DNA of 59,314 nucleotides, taken from positions 1 to 59,314 of the forward strand of contig CAZTHB010000002.1 in the NCBI GenBank assembly GCA_964613485.1, written 5' to 3'. The translations under genes and the position numbers were made by a program. Shown here in pieces: positions 18,289-27,130 of the stretch (position 1 is its first letter; every line of letters starts with the position of its first letter). This DNA comes from an uncultured Candidatus Saccharibacteria bacterium. GTDB lineage: Bacteria; Patescibacteriota; Saccharimonadia; CAILAD01; GCA-016700035. The notes under the pieces were generated by a model that was not told where the DNA came from, did not search any database, and saw only the letters and a program-made list of their open reading frames with translations.

Positions 18289-18501
18289 TTATTTAACGAC
18301 GAATGGAAGCAAAGCTAGATGCCTAGCCCGCTTCAAAGCCTGAGCCAGCAAGCGTTGATGCTTCATGGAAGCCCCAGTGCGCTTACGCCCTTCAATTTTA
18401 CCAACGCTATTTACGTAGCGCTGCAAAAGTTTGACGTCTTTATAGTCGATAACAGTAATGTCTTCACTGTAGAGACGGTTTTGCTTACGAAATTCTGCCA
18501 T
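18289..18501 (-). CDS. rpsR: 30S ribosomal protein S18
   Basis: The 70-aa protein carries [26 protein letters not shown], a typical S18 sequence. Confidence 0.95.
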   Translation of the reverse strand: MAEFRKQNRLYSEDITVIDYKDVKLLQRYVNSVGKIEGRKRTGASMKHQRLLAQALKRARHLALLPFVVK

Positions 18502-18535
18502 TATCTAATTTATTCCTTTCATATCAGCACCCCTA

Positions 18536-18985
18536 TTAGAATGGGATGTCATCCAAATTAATCTCATCGTCACCCATATCTTCAATCGGTGGTGCGTCCT
18601 TAGCTACTTTCTTGGGCGATGGAGCATCACTTCCACCCCCACCCTCACCAGGGCCACCGATAAAGTTGATGTCAGTTGCCACGATCTCGGTGCGTGATCG
18701 CTTTGATCCGTCCTGCGCATCCCATTGACGAGTCTGTAAGCGCCCAACGATCATTGCGCGACGTCCCTTTGTCAGATACTGGCTTACGAGCTCACCCAAC
18801 TTACCCCAAGCAACAACATCATGATACTCAACAGCATCTTTGCGGTCGCCACTCTGTGGATCCTGCCAGCTGCGATTGGTGGCGATAGCAAAACTCGCGA
18901 CTGACTGACCGGATGGCGTGGTGCGCAATTCTGGATCGCGCGTGAGATTCCCCATAATGATTGCCTGATTGAAGTCCTTAGCCAT
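18536..18985 (-). CDS. ssb: Single-stranded DNA-binding protein
   Basis: It has an OB-fold N-terminus (NQAIIMGNLTRDPELRTTPSG) and an acidic tail ending DDIPF. Confidence 0.95.
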   Translation of the reverse strand: MAKDFNQAIIMGNLTRDPELRTTPSGQSVASFAIATNRSWQDPQSGDRKDAVEYHDVVAWGKLGELVSQYLTKGRRAMIVGRLQTRQWDAQDGSKRSRTEIVATDINFIGGPGEGGGGSDAPSPKKVAKDAPPIEDMGDDEINLDDIPF

Positions 18986-19001
18986 AATGCGTATTCCCTT
19001 C

Positions 19002-19403
19002 TTACTTCTCGTTATCTTCTGGTGCTTCGTCTTCTACTTTGTCTTGCGCCTTATCTGCCTTGGCTGGCCTGTCGGCCTTTGGATTCTTAGTGTCGGTCTT
19101 AGCCTGATTGATCGACTTAATGTCTTCGAGAGATACAACCAGATATCGCATGACTTCTTCGGTGATGCGCAACGTATTATCTAGTTGCTGAACTTGTGAA
19201 GGATCAAGAGAAACTTGATAAAAAACGTAGATTCCCCAATCCTGCTTCTTGATCTTGTAAGCAAGTTTGCGCTTGCCCCAATTGTCTTTGTTATTAATTT
19301 TTCCGCCGAGCCCCGTAATCACGGTCTCAACTTTAGTCAGTGCACGCTCGAGATCAATCTCGAGATCAGGGTGCAAGACCACTGCAACTTCGTATTGTCG
19401 CAT
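19002..19403 (-). CDS. rpsF: 30S ribosomal protein S6 (with acidic/basic C-terminal tail)
   Basis: It begins MRQYEVAVVLHPDLE... and shows the rpsF-ssb-rpsR gene order. Confidence 0.95.
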   Translation of the reverse strand: MRQYEVAVVLHPDLEIDLERALTKVETVITGLGGKINNKDNWGKRKLAYKIKKQDWGIYVFYQVSLDPSQVQQLDNTLRITEEVMRYLVVSLEDIKSINQAKTDTKNPKADRPAKADKAQDKVEDEAPEDNEK

Positions 19404-19515
19404 AGCTTTCCTTTCTGCGGTTCCCTGTCTCCATACTAGGATGAATTTGACAGATTCACCGAATCCTCTATGAGATTCAGTAAAAAGGGTATTAATTTAA
19501 TCTAACAATACCGTA

Positions 19516-19544
19516 ATTATACCGAAAATGCGGATTTGGGTCAA
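19516..19544 (-). promoter_or_regulatory. Sigma-70-type promoter of the rpsF-ssb-rpsR operon
   Basis: The minus strand shows TTGACC (19544-19539), a 17-nt spacer and TATAAT (19521-19516). This leaves a 5' UTR of roughly 105 nt. Confidence 0.6.
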
Positions 19545-19560
19545 GCAGTTGACCTTGAGT

Positions 19561-19566
19561 TATAAT
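19561..19566 (+). promoter_or_regulatory. -10 box (TATAAT) 6 nt upstream of the ATG at 19573
   Basis: The sequence reads gagtTATAATctcgatATG. No good -35 was found. Confidence 0.3.
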
Positions 19567-19572
19567 CTCGAT

Positions 19573-20109
19573 ATGCAATATCTTGCTTCAAAAATACGCG
19601 GTACCTGGCTGCTTGATGCAAAAAGTACAGACACTCCCCTTATCGGTGTGATTGAGCAGCTCATCATCAACCCTGATAATTTTGAAATAGAAATACTCGG
19701 ACTCAGTGCGGGTGACAAACGACCCGTCCGGCATTATATACGGACCGATCAGGTCTCATGCGATACGAAAAGTGGTGTTATGCACTCAAACTTTGATGCA
19801 GTCGGGGTCCGCGATGATTTTATACGCGCACGAGACGCTATCAATGCTCATTGTGAACTTTTGCACTTTCGCGTTATTGACGAAAATGGTAAACGGATCG
19901 GGCGACTCGAAGACTATAGCTTCTCAATACCACTCTTTCGTGTAGAACGCATCCATGTCTCAGCTCCAGTGTGGCGAAGATTCCGAAATACACAGCTCGT
20001 CATTGGACGTTCACAGATTATTGATGTTGACAGCAAAAAAAAACTAATCAAGGTTAAAGCGACCCGAGTCTCCCAACGAACCAAGGCGACTCAAGCGGTA
20101 CCCGCGTAA
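19573..20109 (+). CDS. Hypothetical protein, possibly a tandem PRC-barrel-like protein
   Basis: I prefer the start at 19573 (MQYLASKIRG...). The ORF-track start at 19528 lies inside the divergent rpsF promoter. The functional call is weak. Confidence 0.5.
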   Translation: MQYLASKIRGTWLLDAKSTDTPLIGVIEQLIINPDNFEIEILGLSAGDKRPVRHYIRTDQVSCDTKSGVMHSNFDAVGVRDDFIRARDAINAHCELLHFRVIDENGKRIGRLEDYSFSIPLFRVERIHVSAPVWRRFRNTQLVIGRSQIIDVDSKKKLIKVKATRVSQRTKATQAVPA

Positions 20110-20205
20110 ATTGTTGTACTAAATACTACAATGTTCGGTTATTGTCTGCTTGTGCTTACATAGGCCTTAAGCCTATGATTGTATGCAAAAGGAGGGTTGT
20201 GGGCT

Positions 20206-20274
20206 TTGATAACTGTAGCACTCTGGCTAATTGCCATCGCCGTCTGCGTTCGCGCAGTAGTGGTGTCACGCTAG
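20206..20274 (+). CDS. Candidate mini-ORF encoding a single hydrophobic helix (22 codons)
   Basis: A perfect SD (aaAAGGAGGg, 20189-20196) is followed 10 nt after GGAGG by TTG. The translation is (M)ITVALWLIAIAVCVRAVVVSR*. Start and frame are uncertain. Confidence 0.25.
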   Translation: MITVALWLIAIAVCVRAVVVSR

Positions 20275-20323
20275 AAAAATAGAACGCAAAATCACACATA
20301 GATAGATAAACCTGAGCAAGCGG

Positions 20324-20920
20324 TTATTCGCTCTCTGCCATAACTTGTCTTATGTCAGAGTAACGAAACCCCTTGCGTATCAGGTATTGTACGAGTTTTT
20401 CTGGCGTCGCATACAGCGAGCGCTTTTTTTGTACGAGATGCTGGATTTGCATCTTAACATCATCACTATCTATTCCATCTAGTGCTCGCTGGATACTAGA
20501 CGCATCGATCTGCTTCTTCATCAGCTCAGCACGAATTACAGCAAGCGAACGGTTTTGGTCCATCCGCATGCGTACCCAGCGCTGCGCAAAGTCAGAATCA
20601 TCGAGATATTTCTCACGAATAAGTCGTTGTAATAACGCATCAATAATATCTTCGGGATATTCTTTTCTACTAAGGTACTGTCGAACCTCACCAATACTGC
20701 GGATGCGGTATGAGAGGAAGCGCAAAGCGGCCGCATAGCTCTTCCCGGCGACCGAGCTAGCCTGCAGCTCGTCTATCCGCTCACGCGTGACCTCATCACC
20801 GACGTGAAGGCCAAAGAGAGCCACTTGATAGTCCGAGAGTCCACATACAAACTCTCCATCGACCACAACATTTATGTAGCCCCCTCGGCGTTGTGGCTTC
20901 AAATCGGTAATTACCAGCAC
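20324..20920 (-). CDS. recX: Recombination regulator RecX
   Basis: The 198-aa protein has a three-repeat helical layout (...ALRFLSYRIRSIGEVRQYL...). It lies immediately downstream of recA. The start is GTG with an AGAGG SD. Confidence 0.85.
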   Translation of the reverse strand: MLVITDLKPQRRGGYINVVVDGEFVCGLSDYQVALFGLHVGDEVTRERIDELQASSVAGKSYAAALRFLSYRIRSIGEVRQYLSRKEYPEDIIDALLQRLIREKYLDDSDFAQRWVRMRMDQNRSLAVIRAELMKKQIDASSIQRALDGIDSDDVKMQIQHLVQKKRSLYATPEKLVQYLIRKGFRYSDIRQVMAESE

Positions 20921-20945
20921 AGAAAACCTCTTTCGTACTTACTAG

Positions 20946-22016
20946 CTACTTACCGGCCTTGGCTAGCTCACGAATCTGCTTATCAAGCTCTGCAACAACC
21001 TTTGGATGCTCATCCAAGAATGATTTAGCTGCCTCTCTCCCTTGACCAATCTTTTCGTCCTTATAAGAGAACCATGATCCGGCCTTCTGTATCAACTCGT
21101 ACTTCACAGCCAAATCAATCATGTCGCCCGATCTCGATATGCCTTGATTGAACATGATATCAAACTCAGCAATCTTGAATGGTGCAGCGATCTTATTCTT
21201 CACTACTTTTACCTTGACGTGGTTACCGACGCTTTGATCGCCTTCTTTGATTTGCTCTGTACGACGTATATCGAGACGAACTGAGGCATAGTATTTTAGA
21301 GCGTTTCCACCAGCGGTTACCTCCGGATTTCCGAACATCACACCAATCTTCATACGAAGCTGATTAATAAAGATAACAGTGCACTTAGATTTACTAATGA
21401 CACCAGTAAGCTTACGTAACGCTTGACTCATCAATCGTGCCTGAAGGCCAACATGCGCATCACCCATCTCCCCCTCAATTTCAGCTCGCGGTACGAGTGC
21501 AGCGACGGAGTCAACCACCACAATATCTACAGCCGCTGAGCGCACGAGAGTTTCCGTAATCTCCAGTGCCTGCTCACCTGTATCTGGCTGTGAGATGAGG
21601 AGGTCATCAAGATTCACGCCGATCTTTGCTGCGTACTCTGGGTCTAGTGCGTGCTCAGCATCAACGAAAGCTGCCAAGCCACCTGATTTCTGCACTTCAG
21701 CTACGGCATGCAGAGCCAACGTAGTCTTACCGCTTGATTCAGGGCCATAGATTTCAATAATACGTCCTTTTGGAATCCCCCCGCCTAGCGCAAGATCAAG
21801 TGCAAGACTGCCAGTTGGTATAGTCTCCACATGCACATGCATCCCCTCGCCCAAGCGCATAATTGAACCTTTTCCAAACTGTCGCTCAATCTGATCAACT
21901 GCTAGTTCAACTGCCTTTAAACGTGCAGCTTTTTCGTTCTTTGAATGTTTTGGATCTACTTCCATAACTGAATTCTCTTTCGTCTTAGTTGGCTTATCGG
22001 CTTGAGCTACTGGCAT
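20946..22016 (-). CDS. recA: Recombinase RecA
   Basis: It carries [20 protein letters not shown] and the L1/L2 loop regions. A strong AGGAGAGG SD precedes it. Confidence 0.97.
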   Translation of the reverse strand: MPVAQADKPTKTKENSVMEVDPKHSKNEKAARLKAVELAVDQIERQFGKGSIMRLGEGMHVHVETIPTGSLALDLALGGGIPKGRIIEIYGPESSGKTTLALHAVAEVQKSGGLAAFVDAEHALDPEYAAKIGVNLDDLLISQPDTGEQALEITETLVRSAAVDIVVVDSVAALVPRAEIEGEMGDAHVGLQARLMSQALRKLTGVISKSKCTVIFINQLRMKIGVMFGNPEVTAGGNALKYYASVRLDIRRTEQIKEGDQSVGNHVKVKVVKNKIAAPFKIAEFDIMFNQGISRSGDMIDLAVKYELIQKAGSWFSYKDEKIGQGREAAKSFLDEHPKVVAELDKQIRELAKAGK

Positions 22017-22099
22017 ATCACCTCTCCTATCTTATATGAATTATCTTAAATCGATAATACCGAACAGTTACCGATCATGTCAAGCGCCTTTTGTTCGTA

Positions 22100-22130
22100 A
22101 TAAAAATTGGCCGTCCCCTTCGGGACGACC
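22100..22130 (-). terminator. Intrinsic terminator after the 22136-22807 gene
   Basis: The minus strand has the hairpin ggtcgtccc-gaag-gggacggcc (one G-U pair) followed by aatttttatt. Confidence 0.65.
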
Positions 22131-22135
22131 ATAAG

Positions 22136-22807
22136 TCACGACTCTGCACCATCTCCAGCGCCGAGCCCCAGCGGTGAGCTTACATCTGCCGTAGTCACGT
22201 CAATGACATCATTGCCAGTCGGCAACAAACTCTCATACGCCTTCGAGAGATCGTCAGGGAATACACCATGAAGGGTCATCGCAGTCGCGAGATCGGTATC
22301 TGTCTCAATCTGACGAAGAAGTTCGGCTGCCTGACCACGCAAGTATGGGCCGAGTAGCTGCCGCGCAAAGTCTCGACTCTCGCTTCCAGACTGAACTGCA
22401 AGAGCATGCAAGATGAGCGTCATCTCCGGCGTTAGCGAAGGACGCTCCTTGGTGGTCGCATTGACGACGCGCTGAACACCGAGATACCAACCAAGGCCCG
22501 TCCGAACCTCGAAGGTCAACTTGGACGTACTCCCGTCATTGAACTCGACATGGAAGTACAGGTCTTTGTTCGATTTGTCGCCACTCCCTGTGTTGACCGA
22601 GACCTGCTTGACCCGCAAGTCCTCTCGGCTTTTCAAGCGCTCCAAGAGGTACTTGGCCAAGGCAGTACACCGATCATGGTGTCGCGCCGGCTCCGACGTC
22701 GCATCATTGGACGTTGGCTTGAGGGTGCGATCGAGCATGGTCGGCGTCTGTTCACCAAGCAGCTCGAGCTCTGTCTCGACACAGGTTCGAATCGCTGATA
22801 GATCCAC
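22136..22807 (-). CDS. Hypothetical protein (orphan), moderately GC-enriched
   Basis: The 223-aa ORF starts with GTG after a GGGAG SD and has its own terminator. A hand-counted 100-nt sample is 56% GC, against 48% in adjacent recA. Confidence 0.6.
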   Translation of the reverse strand: MDLSAIRTCVETELELLGEQTPTMLDRTLKPTSNDATSEPARHHDRCTALAKYLLERLKSREDLRVKQVSVNTGSGDKSNKDLYFHVEFNDGSTSKLTFEVRTGLGWYLGVQRVVNATTKERPSLTPEMTLILHALAVQSGSESRDFARQLLGPYLRGQAAELLRQIETDTDLATAMTLHGVFPDDLSKAYESLLPTGNDVIDVTTADVSSPLGLGAGDGAES

Positions 22808-22895
22808 GGGGTCTCCCTTGAAGTAGGTACTACTAGATCAGAGTCACAGTACCATCAAACTAATAGCGACTCAAGCATATGGGTTATCTATATGA

Positions 22896-23939
22896 CTACC
22901 TGAGAGGCGTTGCGCTATCGAGCGTAAATCGAACGCTTTGTTGCGCTTCACCAAGCCCACCCAGCACACCGAGGTCTTGGTTTTGAACTGCCTTATTCGT
23001 AAGGGCAACGCTCGTGATCCCGGCATTATTTGTGTTAAGCACGAGTTCCTTTGCACTAGTAAAAGTCTGAGGAGCATCAGGCTGAACACTCCCCCGAAAG
23101 ACTTCTTTGCCATCAGACTGCACCACCAAGGCAATTGGCGCGCTTTTCGCGCTCACCACTACCTTCACCTGGTCTGACGCACTGACCGCTACCGTAGGGC
23201 TCACCGTACTACTCGCCTCTTTCGCTAGAGTCGCCGTAATGACATAGGTTTGCGTGGCGATTTTACCCAGACGGTTCTTGGCCGACAAACGAATCTCATT
23301 ACGACCATCAACAAGCGCGATTCTTTCTCGGAAGCTACCATCCGCAGCCACTAATACTGCCGAATCATTAATAAACAGATCAGATCCACCATCAACTCGA
23401 CCAGATACAAAACCATAATTAGTCGTGACGCTCGTCGCTTCATTCGTATTAAGACTCAAGCGAGGTGGCGCCGATAAAACCGCAACTTGCCAACCGATAT
23501 ACAGTACAACCACCGCGAACATAGCCACGATCGAGATCAAAAAAAACGTACGCGGGGTGATGATCATTTGCTTCGAGCGAATCGGCTTGAGGCCGAACTT
23601 GACTGCCCCACCTTGCTTACGCCGCGACTGCCGGCGCATCTCGCGCTCCGAAGCCCGTTCACGCTCGTAGATCTTCATAATTGGCTTAGGGTCAAGTCCA
23701 AGATAGTCGGCATAATTACGCACATAGCCGCGTGAATAAACATCATCCTTCAGCTCGTCGTAATCACCGGACTCAATAGCCTCAAGATAACTCAATCGAA
23801 TACGCGTCGCTTGTTCGGCCTCGCTGAGACTAAGCTCCAAGCTTTCACGACGATGCTTGAGAATCGTAGCTAGCGGCTGGTTTGCGCTACGACGCGATCG
23901 AGGAACTGGTGCAGTAGATTCAATCGGGCGTTCATTCAT
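22896..23939 (-). CDS. RodZ-like membrane protein (N-terminal XRE-type HTH, TM, C-terminal extracellular domain)
   Basis: It has the HTH LSLSEAEQATRIRLSYLEAIESGDYDEL and the TM FFLISIVAMFAVVVLYIGW. I prefer the start at 23939 (MNERPIE...), which overlaps the ftsK stop within ATGAATGA. Confidence 0.7.
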   Translation of the reverse strand: MNERPIESTAPVPRSRRSANQPLATILKHRRESLELSLSEAEQATRIRLSYLEAIESGDYDELKDDVYSRGYVRNYADYLGLDPKPIMKIYERERASEREMRRQSRRKQGGAVKFGLKPIRSKQMIITPRTFFLISIVAMFAVVVLYIGWQVAVLSAPPRLSLNTNEATSVTTNYGFVSGRVDGGSDLFINDSAVLVAADGSFRERIALVDGRNEIRLSAKNRLGKIATQTYVITATLAKEASSTVSPTVAVSASDQVKVVVSAKSAPIALVVQSDGKEVFRGSVQPDAPQTFTSAKELVLNTNNAGITSVALTNKAVQNQDLGVLGGLGEAQQSVRFTLDSATPLR

Positions 23940-26085
23940 CCGTCCCGCCTTCCTCCGCAGCATGCGACTCCATGCCACCCCCTTCTGATCCGGCTAAATC
24001 GGCGCTCGATATCAATACCTTACGCGGCTTCGCGCCGTCCTTCGGCCCTATCACGCCATTGTCTTCAAGCATATCAATCAGACTTGCGGCACGTGCGTAA
24101 CCAACCCGGAACTGACGCTGAATACGACTCGAAGAAGCTTCCCCTGAACGTAGCACAAATTCCAGCACCTCATCGTAGAGATCGTCGTCATGTCGTCCGC
24201 CGCCACCTGCAGCCATGACGCCACGGTGACCGATCTTTACGGCTTGCGCCAAAACATCATCCAGATATTCTGGGGCTTGTTCATCACGCAAGAATTTTGT
24301 AACTGCGCTAACCTCTTCGTTTGTCAGCAGTACACCCTGAGCACGCTTCGGCTTCATAAACTCAGGCGAAGAAAAAAGCATGTCACCCTTACCCAAAAGC
24401 TTCTCGGCTCCTGCCTGATCAATAATCGTGCGACTATCGATCTGGCTAGCAGTTGTTAACGCAATTCGAGCCGGTACGTTTGCCTTGATGATACCAGTCA
24501 CGACGCCAACGCTCGGACGCTGAGTAGCAAGCACTAAATGAATGCCTACGGCACGTGCCATCTGAGCGATGCGCACAATCAGTGCCTCGACATCCTTACC
24601 TGCGACAGCCATAAGATCAGAGAATTCGTCCAACACAATCACGATGTAAGGCATCGGTTCGACTTCTTTAAGCGCATTGTATTCAGCAATATTTCGCTTC
24701 GTTTTATCTGCTAGAAGCTTCAAGCGACGATCCATCTCTCCAACTGCCCATTTCAATGCCGATATCGTCTTATCTGGCTCATAAATAACTGGTGTCAAAA
24801 GATGCGGGATATCATTATAGAGCGTCATTTCGACGCGCTTTGGATCGACGAGAATCAAACGTAACTCAGCTGGGGAATTGCGATATAAGAAGGATGTTAG
24901 GAGTGTGTTAATCATAACCGACTTACCTGATCCGGTGGTACCAGCTACAAGTAAGTGAGGCATGCTCGCGAGGTCGGCTGTCAGGACATCTCCCGCCACA
25001 TCACGACCGAGTACAAACTCAAGCTTACTTGGCTTGGCCTGCATTTCCTTGCTTTCCATAATGTCGCGCAATCGAACCTGTGCAGCTTTTTCATTTGGCA
25101 CTTCGATACCCACTAAATCAGTACCAGGAATCGGAGCTTCAATGCGAACCTGCGGTGCCTTCAGCGCAAGAGCAAGGTTTCGATCAAGCGTGGTGATCTT
25201 ATTCAGCTTCACGCCAGTCGACGGACGCATAGTGTATTGAGCGACAGTGGGCCCGACATTCACGCCGACCATCTTTACATCAATAGCAAATTCCTTAAAA
25301 GTCGTGCCGATCACACCGGCTTTTTCTTTTTCATTACCGGCATCAGCCTTGGTCGACATGCCTTTGAGTAAATCAAGCGGCGGATACTTCCAATTCTTAT
25401 CAAGCATGGCGGTTACTGCTCGGGCTGTTGGCTTCGCCTTTACATCCTCCTCGCCACCACCAATCGCACCCTTGAATGGAAGCTTGGTGTTTACGGTAAA
25501 TCCTGCCTGCTTTACTTCTAGCTCTGGCTCGCCATCCGGCTTCTTTCCGCGCACCTTACGCCACAATTCGATTAGGCGAACATTTGTCGCGATTATGACC
25601 GTAACAAGCTCAAGCAACACTAAAACAAACAGAGCCAATGGTCGTGTCAATAATGGGTTAATGAGCATCCAAAGCCCATAGCCTATAAATCCACCTTGAT
25701 TCGACAACTCGCTCAAGGCCGATCCATCACCTGCGATGCCAAACTGCACGATTCCAGCCAGCAATATGAAGAAGACGATAAGGCCAAAATAGTTATTTGC
25801 CTTGAGCTCGTATTTACTGACACGAAATAGTGCATAGGCTAAGAAAAAAAGCGCGAATGGCAGCGGATACACAGCTTGACCAATCAATGTCTTAAGGAGA
25901 GCCAGAAGGTTGATGCCTAGCGAACCGGCACCACCAAAAAAAGCTACGATAATTAATACAGCAACACCGACGATAAAAATCGCTGCGATGTCTTGTTTGG
26001 CTGCCTTCGAGAGCAAAGGCTCTTTTTCGACAGTTGGTTTGCGGGCCGCTCGGGGCCGCGCTGATTTACGTGTTCGTTTTGCCAT
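23932..26085 (-). CDS. ftsK: DNA translocase FtsK/SpoIIIE
   Basis: It has N-terminal TM segments, a motor domain with AGTTGSGKSV, and a C-terminal gamma winged helix (SSRIQRQFRVGYARAASLIDMLE). Confidence 0.95.
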   Translation of the reverse strand: MAKRTRKSARPRAARKPTVEKEPLLSKAAKQDIAAIFIVGVAVLIIVAFFGGAGSLGINLLALLKTLIGQAVYPLPFALFFLAYALFRVSKYELKANNYFGLIVFFILLAGIVQFGIAGDGSALSELSNQGGFIGYGLWMLINPLLTRPLALFVLVLLELVTVIIATNVRLIELWRKVRGKKPDGEPELEVKQAGFTVNTKLPFKGAIGGGEEDVKAKPTARAVTAMLDKNWKYPPLDLLKGMSTKADAGNEKEKAGVIGTTFKEFAIDVKMVGVNVGPTVAQYTMRPSTGVKLNKITTLDRNLALALKAPQVRIEAPIPGTDLVGIEVPNEKAAQVRLRDIMESKEMQAKPSKLEFVLGRDVAGDVLTADLASMPHLLVAGTTGSGKSVMINTLLTSFLYRNSPAELRLILVDPKRVEMTLYNDIPHLLTPVIYEPDKTISALKWAVGEMDRRLKLLADKTKRNIAEYNALKEVEPMPYIVIVLDEFSDLMAVAGKDVEALIVRIAQMARAVGIHLVLATQRPSVGVVTGIIKANVPARIALTTASQIDSRTIIDQAGAEKLLGKGDMLFSSPEFMKPKRAQGVLLTNEEVSAVTKFLRDEQAPEYLDDVLAQAVKIGHRGVMAAGGGGRHDDDLYDEVLEFVLRSGEASSSRIQRQFRVGYARAASLIDMLEDNGVIGPKDGAKPRKVLISSADLAGSEGGGMESHAAEEGGTDE

Positions 26086-26376
26086 ATCCTATGTAATCGT
26101 ATTATGCCTGGTTTTCTGCTACTGTGCCAGATGAATTGACTGATTTCAGGCTCTTATGCTCACCCTTAACTGAACATAACCATTATAGCACAACTGGACA
26201 ATAAAATAAAGACTTGTCAAATATCATCCCCTCCTGGAAAATGAGAGGTAATGAAAAACTAACATAAGCTACTACCATATATCCGATAGCAGTAGAGCAT
26301 TATCCTTGAGATTTCCCACTCCCATCTGATATAGTCATTCATAAATCACGCACCTCCAGAGTATGAAAGGGGCCGC

Positions 26377-27078
26377 ATGGCCGCTCAAATTATCACGATC
26401 GATGGCCCGGCTGGGAGTGGCAAATCGACGGCTGCAGAAGCAGTCGCCAAACATCTTGGCGGCATCTGCCTCAATAGTGGCAGTGTATATCGAATCTTGA
26501 CCGTGCTCTACATCCGCCGTAAAGCATTGCAACCCTCGCTCACTGTTGAGGATTTCGCTGAATCCCTCAACGAGATGACCGATATCGCGATCACCGATGG
26601 TGTCGCCACGCACGCCTTCGGACGTCCCATCAGAATGACGGAACTCAAGACGCGTGAGGTCAATATCGAGATCTCCCCCGTTTCGTCAAACCCCCGCGTG
26701 AGAAAATGGGTCAACCGAAGACTGCACCAGTATGCCAACTTCATGATCAAGAACTTCTTTGTCACAATCGTCTGCGAAGGCCGCGATGCAGGGACGGTCA
26801 TCTTCCCCGAAGCAGCCCACAAGTTTTATCTGACAGCGCATGTCGATATTCGTGCAGCACGCATTGGTGAAACACCTGAGCAGGTCACAACACGAGACGA
26901 AATAGACCATGGCAAGCTGGTTGGCAAGCTGATTCGCGAGAGCCAAGCAAGAGCCCTCGGCTACAGCATCATCAACTCCTCAGACCTTGATATCGAAGAA
27001 GTCGTCGATCTAATCTTCTTGGTCATCGATGGCGAGTTCGATGAGTTGCTGCGTACGCTAGGCAAGCTTCCCTCATAA
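26377..27078 (+). CDS. cmk: Cytidylate kinase
   Basis: It has the P-loop ITIDGPAGSGKST and the length and layout of Cmk. Confidence 0.8.
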   Translation: MAAQIITIDGPAGSGKSTAAEAVAKHLGGICLNSGSVYRILTVLYIRRKALQPSLTVEDFAESLNEMTDIAITDGVATHAFGRPIRMTELKTREVNIEISPVSSNPRVRKWVNRRLHQYANFMIKNFFVTIVCEGRDAGTVIFPEAAHKFYLTAHVDIRAARIGETPEQVTTRDEIDHGKLVGKLIRESQARALGYSIINSSDLDIEEVVDLIFLVIDGEFDELLRTLGKLPS

Positions 27079-27080
27079 TC

Positions 27081-27110
27081 AAAGACCCCCTCGTCCGAGG
27101 GGGTCTTTTA
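27081..27110. terminator. Bidirectional intrinsic terminator between convergent cmk and RNase J genes
   Basis: aaagaccccctc-gtcc-gagggggtcttt forms a perfect 11-12-bp stem flanked by A and T runs. Confidence 0.8.
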
Positions 27111-27130
27111 ATCGGTATGATAGATTTGAC

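Noticed and set aside
19528-19572. The upstream ATG of the 19528-20109 ORF.
   Set aside because: It lies within the divergent rpsF promoter (-35 at 19539-19544). The ATG at 19573 follows TATAAT-N6, like other genes here. This remains uncertain.
22017-22099. A search for a LexA/SOS (Cheo-type GAAC-N4-GTTC) box upstream of recA.
   Set aside because: Only half-sites are present (cgaacagttaccg and a distant ttgttcg). There is no properly spaced palindrome.
22784-22793. GGTTCGAATC, a tRNA T-loop-like word.
   Set aside because: The flanking sequence cannot form a T-stem, acceptor arm or D arm. It lies inside the 22136-22807 CDS.
26086-26376. The 291-nt AT-rich ftsK/cmk divergent spacer, examined for oriC-like DnaA boxes, tRNA or a small ORF after an AGGAGG at about 26225-26235 on the minus strand.
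   Set aside because: There is no TTATCCACA-type box cluster and no tRNA fold. The ATG is only 2 nt from the SD and the ORF is 14 codons. The most plausible content is promoters, for example an extended -10 TGcTATAAT on the minus strand at 26182-26190.
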